45,148 nt of DNA from NCBI GenBank assembly GCA_029261635.1, contig JAJDAW010000029.1, positions 1 through 45,148 on the forward strand, read 5' to 3'. The translations under genes and the position numbers were made by a program. This document shows positions 7,786-17,527 of the stretch, piece after piece. Position 1 is the stretch's first letter. Each line of letters begins with the position of its first letter. This DNA is from Nitrospinaceae bacterium (GTDB taxonomy: Bacteria > Nitrospinota > Nitrospinia > Nitrospinales > VA-1). The notes beneath the pieces are model-generated. The model made no database searches. It worked only from the letters and a program-made list of their open reading frames with translations, and was not told the DNA's origin.

Positions 7786-9468
7786 ATGTCTTCTAATGTT
7801 TTTGGAATTTTAAATACAGCCAAAGTAGGTTTGCTGGCGCAGCAATTAGCAATCGAAGTAACCGGTCAGAATATTGCCAATGTTCAGACAGAAGGTTACT
7901 CTCGCCAGGAGATTAACTTTGAAGCACTGAACCCCAGAAGTTTTAACCTGGGTCAGCTTGGAACAGGCGTGCGTGTTGTTGGTGTAGAAAGATCGCATGA
8001 CAAGTTTTTGTTTTCTCAAATTCTGGGTGAGGGGGATGCTTTTGGTCAATATGGAGTTCGCAAAGATGTCTTTGAGCAGCTAGAAATTTTATTCAGTGAA
8101 TCAAATGGTCAAAGCCTGAACCAAGGTTTAGGTAATTTCTTTTCCAGCTTACAAGACCTTTCTTCAAATCCCGTTGGATTGCCTGAGAGATCAAGTGTCC
8201 TTGCAGAAGCGCAAAACCTTGCTTCTACATTTAACAATCTGGGCGAGTCTCTTTTTCAGATTCGAAGAAATTTGGATGCAACGATCCAAGTAGAAGTAGA
8301 AAGGATCAACAGTCTTACTTCCGAAATCGCTGAACTCAACCAGGCCATTCATGCCAATGAACCGGTTGCTTTCAGCGCAAATGATTTAAGAGACAGGAGA
8401 GATCAAAGGGTTAAAGAATTATCTGAGTTAATTGATCTAAATTATGTAGATGAGATGGATGGGCAGATTAGCCTGACATTAAATAATGGTACGCCGCTTG
8501 TTCTACAGTCAACCTCTTTTGATTTGAGCACTCAGATAAATGGAAACAACAAGGGTTTTCAAGATATCGTAGTTGCCGGGTTAAATGGCACCAGTACAAA
8601 CGTGACTTCATCTGTGACCGGGGGTTCTTTAAAAGGACTTATCGATATGCGAGATACGGAAGTCACCGATGTTAAAGATAAACTGGACCGCCTAGCTGCA
8701 AGTATTATTCAAGAGTTCAATAATATGCACCAAGGGGGTTTTGGTATAGATGGTACTACAGGGAATAATTTTTTTGCACCCCCTTCAGTGATCACCGAGA
8801 TCAATACAAGTAATACTGGATCAGCAACCCTAACGGCTACGAATGGCAATCCATCTGCTATTTCCAACGACAAATTTGAGATCACAGTTACAGGTTCGAA
8901 CACGTTTACTTTAAATAATCTCACCACAGGATTGAGTGAAGGAAGTTTTAGTTATACTCCGGGTTCTACATTTAATCTCGCCGGAGGATTTGCAATAACG
9001 ATTTCTGGCGGGGCAGTAGCTGGAGATAGATTTAAACTTTCGGTTTCTGAGGATGCGGCTCAGACTTTTTCTGTTTCAAGTGATGTAGCATCAAACTCCA
9101 ATAAAATTGCAGCGGGTCAAAATTCAAGCTCGGATGGTGCAAATGCTTTAAAGTTAATAGGTTTGCAGTCAAGACTGTCGTTTAACAGTGTTACTCATGT
9201 ATCCAATGGATCAGGTGCGTTCACATTCGATGAATTTTATAGTTCAATAGTAAGCAACTTGGGGATCCAGTCATTCTCTACGCAGGCAACCTTTGCGCAG
9301 CAGGAAGGAATTCTATTGCAATTAAATACTCGAAGAGAAAGTGTATCCGGCGTTTCAATAGATGAAGAGTTTATTAATATGGTCAAGTTTCAACAGGCAT
9401 ACAATGCTTCTGCCCGTTTAATAGGGATAGTTGATGAACTTCTTGATACGGTCATTTCGCAAGTTTAA
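7786..9468 (+). CDS. flgK: Flagellar hook-associated protein 1 FlgK
   Basis: N-terminal GLLAQQLAIEVTGQNIANVQTEGYSRQE and C-terminal VSIDEEFINMVKFQQAYNASARLI, canonical FlgK. Confidence 0.9.
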   Translation: MSSNVFGILNTAKVGLLAQQLAIEVTGQNIANVQTEGYSRQEINFEALNPRSFNLGQLGTGVRVVGVERSHDKFLFSQILGEGDAFGQYGVRKDVFEQLEILFSESNGQSLNQGLGNFFSSLQDLSSNPVGLPERSSVLAEAQNLASTFNNLGESLFQIRRNLDATIQVEVERINSLTSEIAELNQAIHANEPVAFSANDLRDRRDQRVKELSELIDLNYVDEMDGQISLTLNNGTPLVLQSTSFDLSTQINGNNKGFQDIVVAGLNGTSTNVTSSVTGGSLKGLIDMRDTEVTDVKDKLDRLAASIIQEFNNMHQGGFGIDGTTGNNFFAPPSVITEINTSNTGSATLTATNGNPSAISNDKFEITVTGSNTFTLNNLTTGLSEGSFSYTPGSTFNLAGGFAITISGGAVAGDRFKLSVSEDAAQTFSVSSDVASNSNKIAAGQNSSSDGANALKLIGLQSRLSFNSVTHVSNGSGAFTFDEFYSSIVSNLGIQSFSTQATFAQQEGILLQLNTRRESVSGVSIDEEFINMVKFQQAYNASARLIGIVDELLDTVISQV

Positions 9469-9504
9469 TAAATAGAATAATTTTTAGACATCAGGAAAAC
9501 GAAA

Positions 9505-11025
9505 ATGGTTACTCGTGTTACAAGTCAGGCACAGCAAGCAAATTCTCTACAGAATATTTTTCGAATAACGGAAAATCTGTTTAAAGCCCAACAGGAAATT
9601 GCATCAGGAAAACGTATTAACCGTCCATCGGATGACCCTGCGGGTATGCGAGATGCCCTCCTATTGCGGACAGGTGTAAATCAGGCAAATCAATTCATTC
9701 GAAATATTGACAATAATCGAATTTTTATTCAGGCGGGCGATACATCTCTTCAATCGATTAATTTGAACTTGATCCGCGCAAAGGAACTGGCGGTAAGCGA
9801 ATTGGGCGGAGCTTCAACCGCAGAGACTCGTAGTTTCGCGGCCTCAGAATTAGATCAGATTATTTCGCAGGTCTTCGAAACAGCAAATACAAAAGTAAAA
9901 AATCAGTTTATTTTTTCTGGAACTAACTTCAGAGTAGAACCCTTTAGTTCAGAAGCATCTGGTGCGGTTTATCTGGGTAATTCTGAAAGTTTTCAGGTTG
10001 GGGTGGCAAATAATATTAGCATTGATTTTAGTATTCCCGGCTCTCAAGTTTTGGCCGCAGATCTCAATCCACAAATAACGAGTAATACATCACTATCATC
10101 CTTAAATGGTGGCGTTGGTATTACGTCAGGTTCATTTTCAATTTCTGATAGAGCAGGCAATACCGCATCCATTTCTGTAAACCCGACAGATACTATTGGA
10201 AGTTTAATTTCCAATATAAATAACGCGGGTGTGAACGTAACGGCATCCATTAATTCAAATGGGAATGGTTTACAGCTTGTTGATAATAATTCAGTTATTA
10301 CTCAGTCTATGACGATTTCGGAGGTGTCTGGAGGCAGTACGGCAATGGAATTGGGTATTTTGGGAAAAAGGGATGGAACTCTTTCTGGGTCGGATTTGAA
10401 CCCAGTTATGACAACCTCTACACTTATATCAAACCTTGAGGGCGGCAATGGTTTGACTTTAAATGATATCAATATTGTCAATGGTGGTGCCTCGGGTGCG
10501 GTTACACTGAGTTCGGCAACCACCATGGGTGATGTAATAAATTTAATAAACAATGCAGGGTTAAATGTTACAGCCTCGATAAATAGCGCAGGAAATTCTT
10601 TGCAAATTACCTCCAATGATTCCTCTACAGTTGCAGTGGTGAGAAATGTTGGTACGGATGAAACGGCGGAAAACTTGGGGTTGGGCGGAGGAAAAAATAT
10701 TTTTACTACGTTATTTAAGCTTAGGGATGCGTTTCAAAAGGATGATGCATCTGCAATTTTAGCTTCTCTGGATACTCTTGACTCTAGCTTGGCATCAATA
10801 AATAATTCGAGAGCGATAATTGGTGCATCGCTGTCACGTGTAGATACTTCTAGTTTTGTTCGCGCACAGGAAATTGTTGATCGTTCAGAGCAATTGTCAA
10901 AAATCGAAGATGTAGATGCTATAAAATCTGCCTCAGACTTGGCAAATTTGCAATTTGCTTTGCAAGCAACATTGAGTTCTACCGCACAGATATTACAACC
11001 TACCTTACTGGATTTTCTTCGTTAA
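9505..11025 (+). CDS. flgL: Flagellar hook-associated protein 3 FlgL (enlarged, with two internal flagellin-IN-type repeats)
   Basis: N-terminal QQEIASGKRINRPSDDPAG, flagellin-like C-terminus, position after flgK. Internal ~65-aa duplicated module ends in INNAG[VL]NVTASINS.GN.LQ. Confidence 0.85.
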   Translation: MVTRVTSQAQQANSLQNIFRITENLFKAQQEIASGKRINRPSDDPAGMRDALLLRTGVNQANQFIRNIDNNRIFIQAGDTSLQSINLNLIRAKELAVSELGGASTAETRSFAASELDQIISQVFETANTKVKNQFIFSGTNFRVEPFSSEASGAVYLGNSESFQVGVANNISIDFSIPGSQVLAADLNPQITSNTSLSSLNGGVGITSGSFSISDRAGNTASISVNPTDTIGSLISNINNAGVNVTASINSNGNGLQLVDNNSVITQSMTISEVSGGSTAMELGILGKRDGTLSGSDLNPVMTTSTLISNLEGGNGLTLNDINIVNGGASGAVTLSSATTMGDVINLINNAGLNVTASINSAGNSLQITSNDSSTVAVVRNVGTDETAENLGLGGGKNIFTTLFKLRDAFQKDDASAILASLDTLDSSLASINNSRAIIGASLSRVDTSSFVRAQEIVDRSEQLSKIEDVDAIKSASDLANLQFALQATLSSTAQILQPTLLDFLR

Positions 11026-11048
11026 GTTTTATAACTTAATGGGCTTTA

Positions 11049-12290
11049 TTAGTCTTGAATGGGGAGGTTGATGATAACGGTGGTTCCTACACCCACTTTA
11101 CTATCAATTTCCAGAATCCCTCCATGTCTTTCAATTATCGAATAAGAAATAGATAAGCCCAACCCTGTTCCTTTTTCTTCAGGTTTTGTTGTGAAAAAAG
11201 GTTCAAAAACTTTTTCCAGATCATCTTTCTTTATTCCTGCACCGGTATCAATAAATTTAATTTGAAAGGTTTTATTAAGCTTGCTGGAGGGGGTTTCTTC
11301 AGTAGGTATAGATTGCAAGTTTGAACCGCTAATCTTTATCTCCGTGGATATGGTCAATGTTCCTCCATTACTGATAGCGTGTTTAGCATTGTTCAAAAGA
11401 TTAAGAAAAACTTGACGTATGCCATCAGTATCTACCATCACCCTCGCGGATGTGGATTCGAAGTCTCGTACAATTTCAATTCCTTCGAGGAGCATATCTT
11501 TTTCCACAAGAATCAGTACGGATTCTAGTTCTTTAACAATATTAGAACTTTTAAGTTCTATATTGCCTTTCCGGGAAAACTTTAATAATCCCGTTATAAT
11601 CTTTGTAATACGTCCGATTTCTTCCATGATGGAATTTAAATCTAATTTTAGCGGCTTGTCAGTTACGCGTTCCATTAAAAGAGTTTGCGTGTGCCCTGAA
11701 ATAATGTTCAGTGGATTTAAAATTTCATGACAAACCCCGGCAACCAGTCGGCCTATTCCTGCAAGTTTTTCAGATATGATTATTTGTTTCTGGGCGGTTT
11801 CTAGTTTTCCAATGGATGTTTGTAGTTCCTCGTAAGCTATAGCAAGTTGGGCGTGTGATTTTTTGAGTTTTTCTTCTGCTTGCTTCCTTAGCTCAGCTTC
11901 TTTATGAAGCCCCAATACATAACGGATAGACTTGGTAACTGATTCAATGGAAAGTTTTCCTTTGGTAAGATAATCTGTTACACCTGCCTTCATAGCTTCA
12001 ACAGCCACTTCTTGGTCACCTTGACCCGTCATAAGTATTATTGGGATATTGCAGTTTTGGTGTCGAAAATTACGAACCAACTCAATTCCATTCGTTTTCC
12101 CAAGCCGATAATCAAACAGGGCCAAGTCATAATCGAAAGGGTTTATTTGTTTGAGATTTTTATCTACGGAAGAGAAATGCTCAACATTAGGGAGAGGGCT
12201 GCCTAAGCCTTCATTTAAAATATCTTTAATATAAAAGGCATCATCTTCATCATCTTCAATTAAGAGAATTTTTAAAGATTTATTTTCCAT
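11049..12290 (-). CDS. Cytoplasmic hybrid sensor: N-terminal receiver domain + HisKA + HATPase_c histidine kinase
   Basis: ILLIEDDEDD...DLALFDYRL...LTKGKL (REC). H-box CHEILNPLN. N/G boxes LLNNAKHA, DTGAGI, GTGLGLS. No TM segments. Confidence 0.85.
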   Translation of the reverse strand: MENKSLKILLIEDDEDDAFYIKDILNEGLGSPLPNVEHFSSVDKNLKQINPFDYDLALFDYRLGKTNGIELVRNFRHQNCNIPIILMTGQGDQEVAVEAMKAGVTDYLTKGKLSIESVTKSIRYVLGLHKEAELRKQAEEKLKKSHAQLAIAYEELQTSIGKLETAQKQIIISEKLAGIGRLVAGVCHEILNPLNIISGHTQTLLMERVTDKPLKLDLNSIMEEIGRITKIITGLLKFSRKGNIELKSSNIVKELESVLILVEKDMLLEGIEIVRDFESTSARVMVDTDGIRQVFLNLLNNAKHAISNGGTLTISTEIKISGSNLQSIPTEETPSSKLNKTFQIKFIDTGAGIKKDDLEKVFEPFFTTKPEEKGTGLGLSISYSIIERHGGILEIDSKVGVGTTVIINLPIQD

Positions 12291-12305
12291 TATTTAAAAT
12301 GATAA

Positions 12306-12746
12306 TTAAGGAAGTTTTACAGTGTGTACCCAGTACTTAAAAAAATTTTCCATCATGGAGCTAAAGTCGGCATACTTAAAGGGTTTTTGGATAAAGGAGT
12401 TAGCGCCTAAATCGTAAACTTTTTGGATGTCCATTTTAGCTTGTGATGTAGTAAGGACTATTACCGGAATATTTTTAAACTTCGAATGAGATTTTATTTC
12501 TTCGAGAGCTTCTCGCCCGTCTTTTTTAGGCATATTCAGATCAAGAAGGATTATGTCAGGCACTTTTTTATTGCCAACTTCGTGGTCACTGGTAGAGTTT
12601 AGGAACTTAAGAAGTTCTTCGCCATCTCTCACCCAATTTACTTGGCAATTGTTTTTTGATGATTTAATTGAGTCTATGATAAGGGTGTAGTCATCTTCAT
12701 CGTCTTCTGCGATCAGGATATTAATTATGTTGTCATTATTTTTCAT
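12306..12746 (-). CDS. Stand-alone receiver (CheY-like) response regulator
   Basis: ILIAEDDEDD...ILLDLNMPKKDG...VIVLTTS...GANSFIQKP. No output domain. Confidence 0.85.
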   Translation of the reverse strand: MKNNDNIINILIAEDDEDDYTLIIDSIKSSKNNCQVNWVRDGEELLKFLNSTSDHEVGNKKVPDIILLDLNMPKKDGREALEEIKSHSKFKNIPVIVLTTSQAKMDIQKVYDLGANSFIQKPFKYADFSSMMENFFKYWVHTVKLP

Positions 12747-12751
12747 TTAAA

Positions 12752-13183
12752 TTATAAATCCGCTTGCTCTGATCGGGCTTTTACTTCTTTGATAAATTTT
12801 TCACGATCCAGCTGCAATTTTTCTTTAAATTTTTCAATACCCCCATACTCGTTTTTATAGAATTCTCGGATTTCAGCAACGGTTTTTATGTCATCACCAC
12901 TATCTCCTACCAGGCATCTTTCTTTTATATCACATGTCCAAATTGGAAAATCTTTTTCAATTTCTAATCTTAAATCTTCTGGAATATTTTCCCTATGGGG
13001 CAAACTAGAATAATTTGGATCGGTTCTTTCTTCGATCCGATCAATTTCTTTAACTAAATCATCTATACATTCCCCATTCCAATCACCAATATGATCATCT
13101 CCATCTGCTGAAAAAATTTTATTCTTCAGAATAGGATCGATCGTAACTTTATCTAGAGAAAAACGCCTGCCTATTTCAGCCAT
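12752..13183 (-). CDS. Hypothetical acidic protein, first gene of the REC/HK operon
   Basis: Clean 143-aa ORF, 5 nt from the next gene. No recognisable motif. Confidence 0.5.
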   Translation of the reverse strand: MAEIGRRFSLDKVTIDPILKNKIFSADGDDHIGDWNGECIDDLVKEIDRIEERTDPNYSSLPHRENIPEDLRLEIEKDFPIWTCDIKERCLVGDSGDDIKTVAEIREFYKNEYGGIEKFKEKLQLDREKFIKEVKARSEQADL

Positions 13184-13399
13184 GATTTTTTATACTCGAT
13201 TTCGTGTAAGCAATATAAAAGTAAATATTTAATGGAATTATTATATTACTTTTATTAGCTTTCAGAACTAAAAAAGTTGCAAAGCCGTGACTTGATTTAG
13301 TCAATTTTATTGATAATATAACTTTAAGTCTCTTGGTATCTATTTTTATTAATTTGTCTGTTTTGGTTGAAAATCAAATGGGTCAAAGGCGCGAGATCT

Positions 13400-14218
13400 A
13401 TGGATAAGGTTCTTAAAGTTCTGATAATTGATGATGATAGGTCATTTCGCAAGATTATAACCCGAATGATGGCACGAGCTGGTTTAAATGTAGAAACTAC
13501 TGAAGCTATTAATTGTGCCGAAGGAGTAGAGAAACTTAATAAAAATGTTTATGACTGCGCTCTTCTGGATTATCAGTTGCCAGATGCGAATGGGATTCAT
13601 TTATTACAAGAAGTTTTGCATTTTGGAGGTACCAGTACCCCAATAATTTTTGTTACAGGAAAGGGCGATGAAACGATTGCCACGCAAGCTCTAAAAACGG
13701 GAGCATTGGATTACATTCCTAAAGAAAAATTATCGCCAGAACTTTTATCTCAATCCATCCACAATGTGATCAAAGTTCACGATCTGGAGTTGAGAGCTAA
13801 TCAAGCTGAATATTTATTGGTAGAGACTGAAAAGCAATATAAAAGGATTGTAGAAACAATTTCAGAAATTGTTTTTCAACTGGATTCTTCAAGAAATATA
13901 TCTTTTGTCAATTCATCCGCTCGTTCACTTGGCTTTGAGCCTGCGGAATTAATTGGAAAACCGTTGAATACAATTCTCGATATTACGGATGACGATTTGC
14001 CACAAGTTGCAACAAACCGAATAGGAGAACGTGCGACATTTAATTTTGATGTTATGTTTAAAGTGAGAAAAGGCTCGCCTCTATGGTCTGAAACGGCATT
14101 CCTTCCTGGTCAGATTGATTCTTATGGGTTGTGGAATGTGTCGGAAGAACTGGCTTCTATTAAAGATATAGACAAAGAATTGCAAGGCACCCTCTGCCTG
14201 GGAAGATTTATCCGCTAA
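13400..14218 (+). CDS. Response regulator with receiver + PAS domain, no obvious output domain
   Basis: VLIIDDD...ALLDYQLPDANG...IFVTGKGDE...DYIPKEKL, then a PAS-like YKRIVETISEIVFQLD...FVNSSARSLGFEPAELIGKPL. ATG at 13400 is preferred over the listed TTG at 13367. Confidence 0.8.
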   Translation: MDKVLKVLIIDDDRSFRKIITRMMARAGLNVETTEAINCAEGVEKLNKNVYDCALLDYQLPDANGIHLLQEVLHFGGTSTPIIFVTGKGDETIATQALKTGALDYIPKEKLSPELLSQSIHNVIKVHDLELRANQAEYLLVETEKQYKRIVETISEIVFQLDSSRNISFVNSSARSLGFEPAELIGKPLNTILDITDDDLPQVATNRIGERATFNFDVMFKVRKGSPLWSETAFLPGQIDSYGLWNVSEELASIKDIDKELQGTLCLGRFIR

Positions 14219-14358
14219 AATAATTTTTTTCTACAAAAGAATTTCCATAGATAAATTTGATACCCCAAATTTTATTTTTAGTATTCAGTTGATCTTACCT
14301 TATATAGTATGGTAATTCTTTATCCAGAAATTAAATAACCCTTGTAAAGGAGTACAGG

Positions 14359-14532
14359 ATGACACACGATCAAATTGTTTCTGCTTACGAAACTTATCTT
14401 GCGGAAAGTGAAAGTTTTGAAACAAAAAATATTAAAGCCGCAGCAGCGCGGGCAAGAAAAGCTTTGGGCGAACTGGGAAAATTAACAAAAGTCAGAAGAG
14501 CAGAAATTCAAGAAAGTAAAACCAATATGTAG
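14359..14532 (+). CDS. Small (57 aa) histone-H1-like / Hc1-like basic protein; below the ORF-track length cut-off
   Basis: ATG preceded by AAAGGAG. MTHDQIVSAYETYLAESESFETKNIKAAAARARKALGELGKLTKVRRAEIQESKTNM resembles the ~58-aa bacterial histone H1-like proteins (..NKAAG.RARKAL.E.K.L....R). A strong terminator follows. Confidence 0.6.
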   Translation: MTHDQIVSAYETYLAESESFETKNIKAAAARARKALGELGKLTKVRRAEIQESKTNM

Positions 14533-14549
14533 TTCATCCACCTGCGAAA

Positions 14550-14578
14550 CCCCGCCCGCATCGGGCGGGCTTTTTTTC
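14550..14578 (+). terminator. Rho-independent terminator
   Basis: cccgcccg / catc / gggcggg hairpin followed by T7. Confidence 0.75.
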
Positions 14579-14664
14579 TTCCATCCAATGATGTTCTAAT
14601 CCCATTCCTGCAACGGTAGATCTATTCTAGTTGCTAACTTCTACATTAGGTTCTCGCTGATATT

Positions 14665-15165
14665 GCTGCACTTCACGGGCATCCTGCTCAACCTTTCCTG
14701 CGATCAAATCTACATGTTTAAACTTCATTGCAGCAATGGCTTTATCTCGAGTCCCGGTATGTAATGTGAACGCGACTTGAGCATGGTTCCAGAGTAGAGA
14801 CCTTCTGTTCACGACGGGCCATTGCGACGCGCATGTCTTTATCGGATATATTGCAATAGTGAGCGGGGCTTGTATTCCGACTGACCTGAAAGCCACTTGA
14901 AGATTTTTTGAGGATTGCCAGAGTAGAATGTAGGGGCGCCTTACTTTGTCGTTTGGCTTCCTCCTTTTAAAAAAGAAAAGTAACAGCGCTAGATTCGTTC
15001 ATTATTGGCATTGTGTGTTGTCATGGTCTGATGCTTTCTATCTGAAGTTACTGTTTAAGGTGGGTTGGTTACTATCTACTATGTGTCGCAAGCCCTCCGG
15101 AAAAGTGATGCTCACTATTCCTTGAATTTGAACTAATTTGTCTAAACTGGATGTGTGAGTATTGG
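14665..15165 (-). pseudogene. Decayed 5' half of a tyrosine recombinase gene, plus the 3' tail of its HTH partner; paralogous to 16907-17615
   Basis: Collinear nucleotide similarity to the intact copy (e.g. gggcatcctgctcaacctttcctgcgat.aaatctacatgttt.aacttcattg; ctatctgaagt.actgttta.ggtgggtt.gttactatctactatgtgt). It has several internal deletions and the catalytic half is missing. The listed ORF 14627..14896 is a fragment of this remnant. Confidence 0.8.
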
Positions 15166-15278
15166 CGGGCCATTTGAAAGTACCTTACTTAATAGCATAA
15201 ATTCGTGTAGTATATTCTTTTCGTTACTCGTCCAGCTGGTTTCTGCTACGAACTACTGACAATCGAAGTAATAACTCT

Positions 15279-16001
15279 ATGTCATTAGACATTATACTTA
15301 TAGTCGCAGGAACTTCACTAATACAATCTATTCTGGGTGTTGGTGTATTACTTTTCGGAACCCCAATTCTATTGGCCCTAGGAAATGATTTCATAAAAAC
15401 GATAACCATCCTTCTCCCAATCTCCCTTACAATTAACCTTTTTCAAATTGTCAAAAATTATGAGGTGATAGATACAGTATTTTATAAAAAAATTATCACC
15501 TACACTATACCGTTTGTAGTTTTATTTTTATTTGTTGTGACGACATCTAAGATAAACATTGGATTAATCGTTGGATTATTTTTATTGATCATTGCCTCTA
15601 AAGATTATTTCCTTCAATTAAACATTGTCAGCAAATCTTTAAGAGAACATGAAAGCTTATATTTAGTAGCCATGGGCATAATTCATGGAGCTACCAATCT
15701 TGGAGGCTCATTGCTAACAGCAATAGTTCATAATAAAAAATACGAAAAAAATGTTACTCGTGCAACGGTTGCAGCATCCTACGCAACTTTTGCAGTATTT
15801 CAGATTGCAACTTTGTTCTTTTCAACCCAGCCATCAGATATTAGCTTGGAAGAGAATGGCTTTTATTTAATTATTGGTATCATAGTTTTTATACTTACAG
15901 AGGCAACCGTATATACAAAAGTTAACAGCAAAAGATACGCTGACTTTTTTTCTCTATTCCTATTTGGCTCTGGCTTATTTTTATGTTTTAAGTCTCTCTA
16001 A
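15279..16001 (+). CDS. TSUP (TauE/SafE, DUF81) family membrane permease
   Basis: 240 aa, about 7-8 hydrophobic segments, N-terminal SILGVGVLLFGTPILLALG motif typical of the family. Very AT-rich. Confidence 0.65.
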   Translation: MSLDIILIVAGTSLIQSILGVGVLLFGTPILLALGNDFIKTITILLPISLTINLFQIVKNYEVIDTVFYKKIITYTIPFVVLFLFVVTTSKINIGLIVGLFLLIIASKDYFLQLNIVSKSLREHESLYLVAMGIIHGATNLGGSLLTAIVHNKKYEKNVTRATVAASYATFAVFQIATLFFSTQPSDISLEENGFYLIIGIIVFILTEATVYTKVNSKRYADFFSLFLFGSGLFLCFKSL

Positions 16002-16230
16002 AAAGCTCCATCAAAGCTATTAGTGAAACCGGACGTATTTTATCTCAGGTCTCTTCACGGTATTCTTCCAAGCTGTTCTTATAGAACAACGCTTTTCTCA
16101 CCTATTCTAAATAATGGAGCAAGCCGTGCGTGTTCAATTTCTCATGCCCTGCCTAAAGAAATTGAAGGTGAAATGGCACTGCTACTTGATTATCAGGGCT
16201 ATTCAGAATTGGAGGAGACTTCCAGATGCT

Positions 16231-16309
16231 AAAAACAAAAAAACCCAGCAAAATTGCTGGGTTATGGATGCTATTGGATTTCCTGGTATGTAAAGTTGGT
16301 GGGGCGGGG
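16231..16309. repeat. Distal direct repeat (att-like): copy of the ssrA terminator plus the last ~14 nt of tmRNA
   Basis: Matches 31579-31658 with only a handful of mismatches. Similarity ends at ...ggtgg[g/a]gcgggg. Confidence 0.85.
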
Positions 16310-16398
16310 ACTACCAAACAATCTACATAACTTTATATGTTTAAATAGTTAATGTGATTTGAGTTTTTCGAGATGCCCCCAAAGTTGCCCCCGAAGAT

Positions 16399-17514
16399 TT
16401 ATTCTGACTGGCCTAGAACAGCCTTTGCAAGTTTTATAGCATCCAGATTCATAGCTTTTTGTTGCGGTGTAGACAAGCCCCTGATGATCTCGCCTTGACG
16501 CTCATTCCCCACCTCACCATAGCTATAGAAAGTTGTCAGCACTTTTTCATGACCGAGGTTTTGACTCCATGCCTTGAACTGTTCGGGAGTTTGACAAATC
16601 GTTTCGCCCAATCCTACGAGAGTGTTTCTAAAGCTATGTGGATTAAAATAGGATAATCTGCCACTTTCAAACGCATCACGAAAAATTTTACGAATCGGCG
16701 TGGCATTACTCCAGTGCTTCCGATCCAAGCCGACTGCTTCAAACTGATGGTTGACCCCGACCTTCACCAGTGTAGCTGGAAATATTGGATCGTCATTTCC
16801 CCAAAGTTTTTCCTCACACAAATATGTCACCCAGTCAGTAACAATTTCGAGAAGCTCATTACCAACCGGAAAAAAGAAAGTCGTGAAGGTTTTGCTGAAT
16901 TTAGTCTTCACTTCGCGGGCATCCTGCTCAACCTTTCCTGCGATTAAATCTACATGTTTCAACTTCATTGAAGCAATGGCGCTATCCCTCGCACCAGTGA
17001 GAAGCGTAAATGCGATTAGGGAGCGATTCCTTCTTTCGATCTCCGTACCTATCGGCATTGTTGAAATGATATGCTTTACCTGTTCCAAGGTTGGGGCTTT
17101 CTGTTCTCGCTGGGCCGTTGCGATCCGCATGTCTTTATCGGATATATTGAAATACTCAGCATCGCAGTAGTGAAAGCGGGATTTGTATCCCGACTGACCG
17201 GAAAGCCATTGAAAAAATCTTTTAAGATTTGCGAGAGTCGAGTGAAGAGTCGCTTTGCTCAGCTTTTTCCCAGTCTGTTGGTTGTTCTGCTCAGCAAGAT
17301 GATTTTTGAAAGCAACCGCTTGCTCATAATGAAACTTCTTAAAGTCCCGGTATTTCGTATAAACCTCGAATCGGTTCAGGGCTTTGGCCATCGCGTCTAC
17401 GGTCGGTTCACTTTGCCGCTTGGCTTCCTTCAAAAAAGAAAAGTAACGGCGTTTAATTCGTTCGTTATTAGCATTGTGTGTTGCCATGGTTTTATACTCC
17501 CTATCTGAAGTCAC
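16399..17514 (-). CDS. Tyrosine recombinase / site-specific integrase (intact)
   Basis: 371 aa. SAM-like N-terminal part; catalytic residues visible (LLTGARDSAI, HSFRNT, LGHEKVLTTFYSYG). Confidence 0.9.
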   Translation of the reverse strand: MTSDREYKTMATHNANNERIKRRYFSFLKEAKRQSEPTVDAMAKALNRFEVYTKYRDFKKFHYEQAVAFKNHLAEQNNQQTGKKLSKATLHSTLANLKRFFQWLSGQSGYKSRFHYCDAEYFNISDKDMRIATAQREQKAPTLEQVKHIISTMPIGTEIERRNRSLIAFTLLTGARDSAIASMKLKHVDLIAGKVEQDAREVKTKFSKTFTTFFFPVGNELLEIVTDWVTYLCEEKLWGNDDPIFPATLVKVGVNHQFEAVGLDRKHWSNATPIRKIFRDAFESGRLSYFNPHSFRNTLVGLGETICQTPEQFKAWSQNLGHEKVLTTFYSYGEVGNERQGEIIRGLSTPQQKAMNLDAIKLAKAVLGQSE

Positions 17515-17527
17515 TGTTTACGGTGGG

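Noticed and set aside
16023-16232. 69-aa ORF between the TSUP gene and the distal att repeat
   Set aside because: It has no RBS or motif and runs into the repeat and terminator copy. It is probably non-coding flank.
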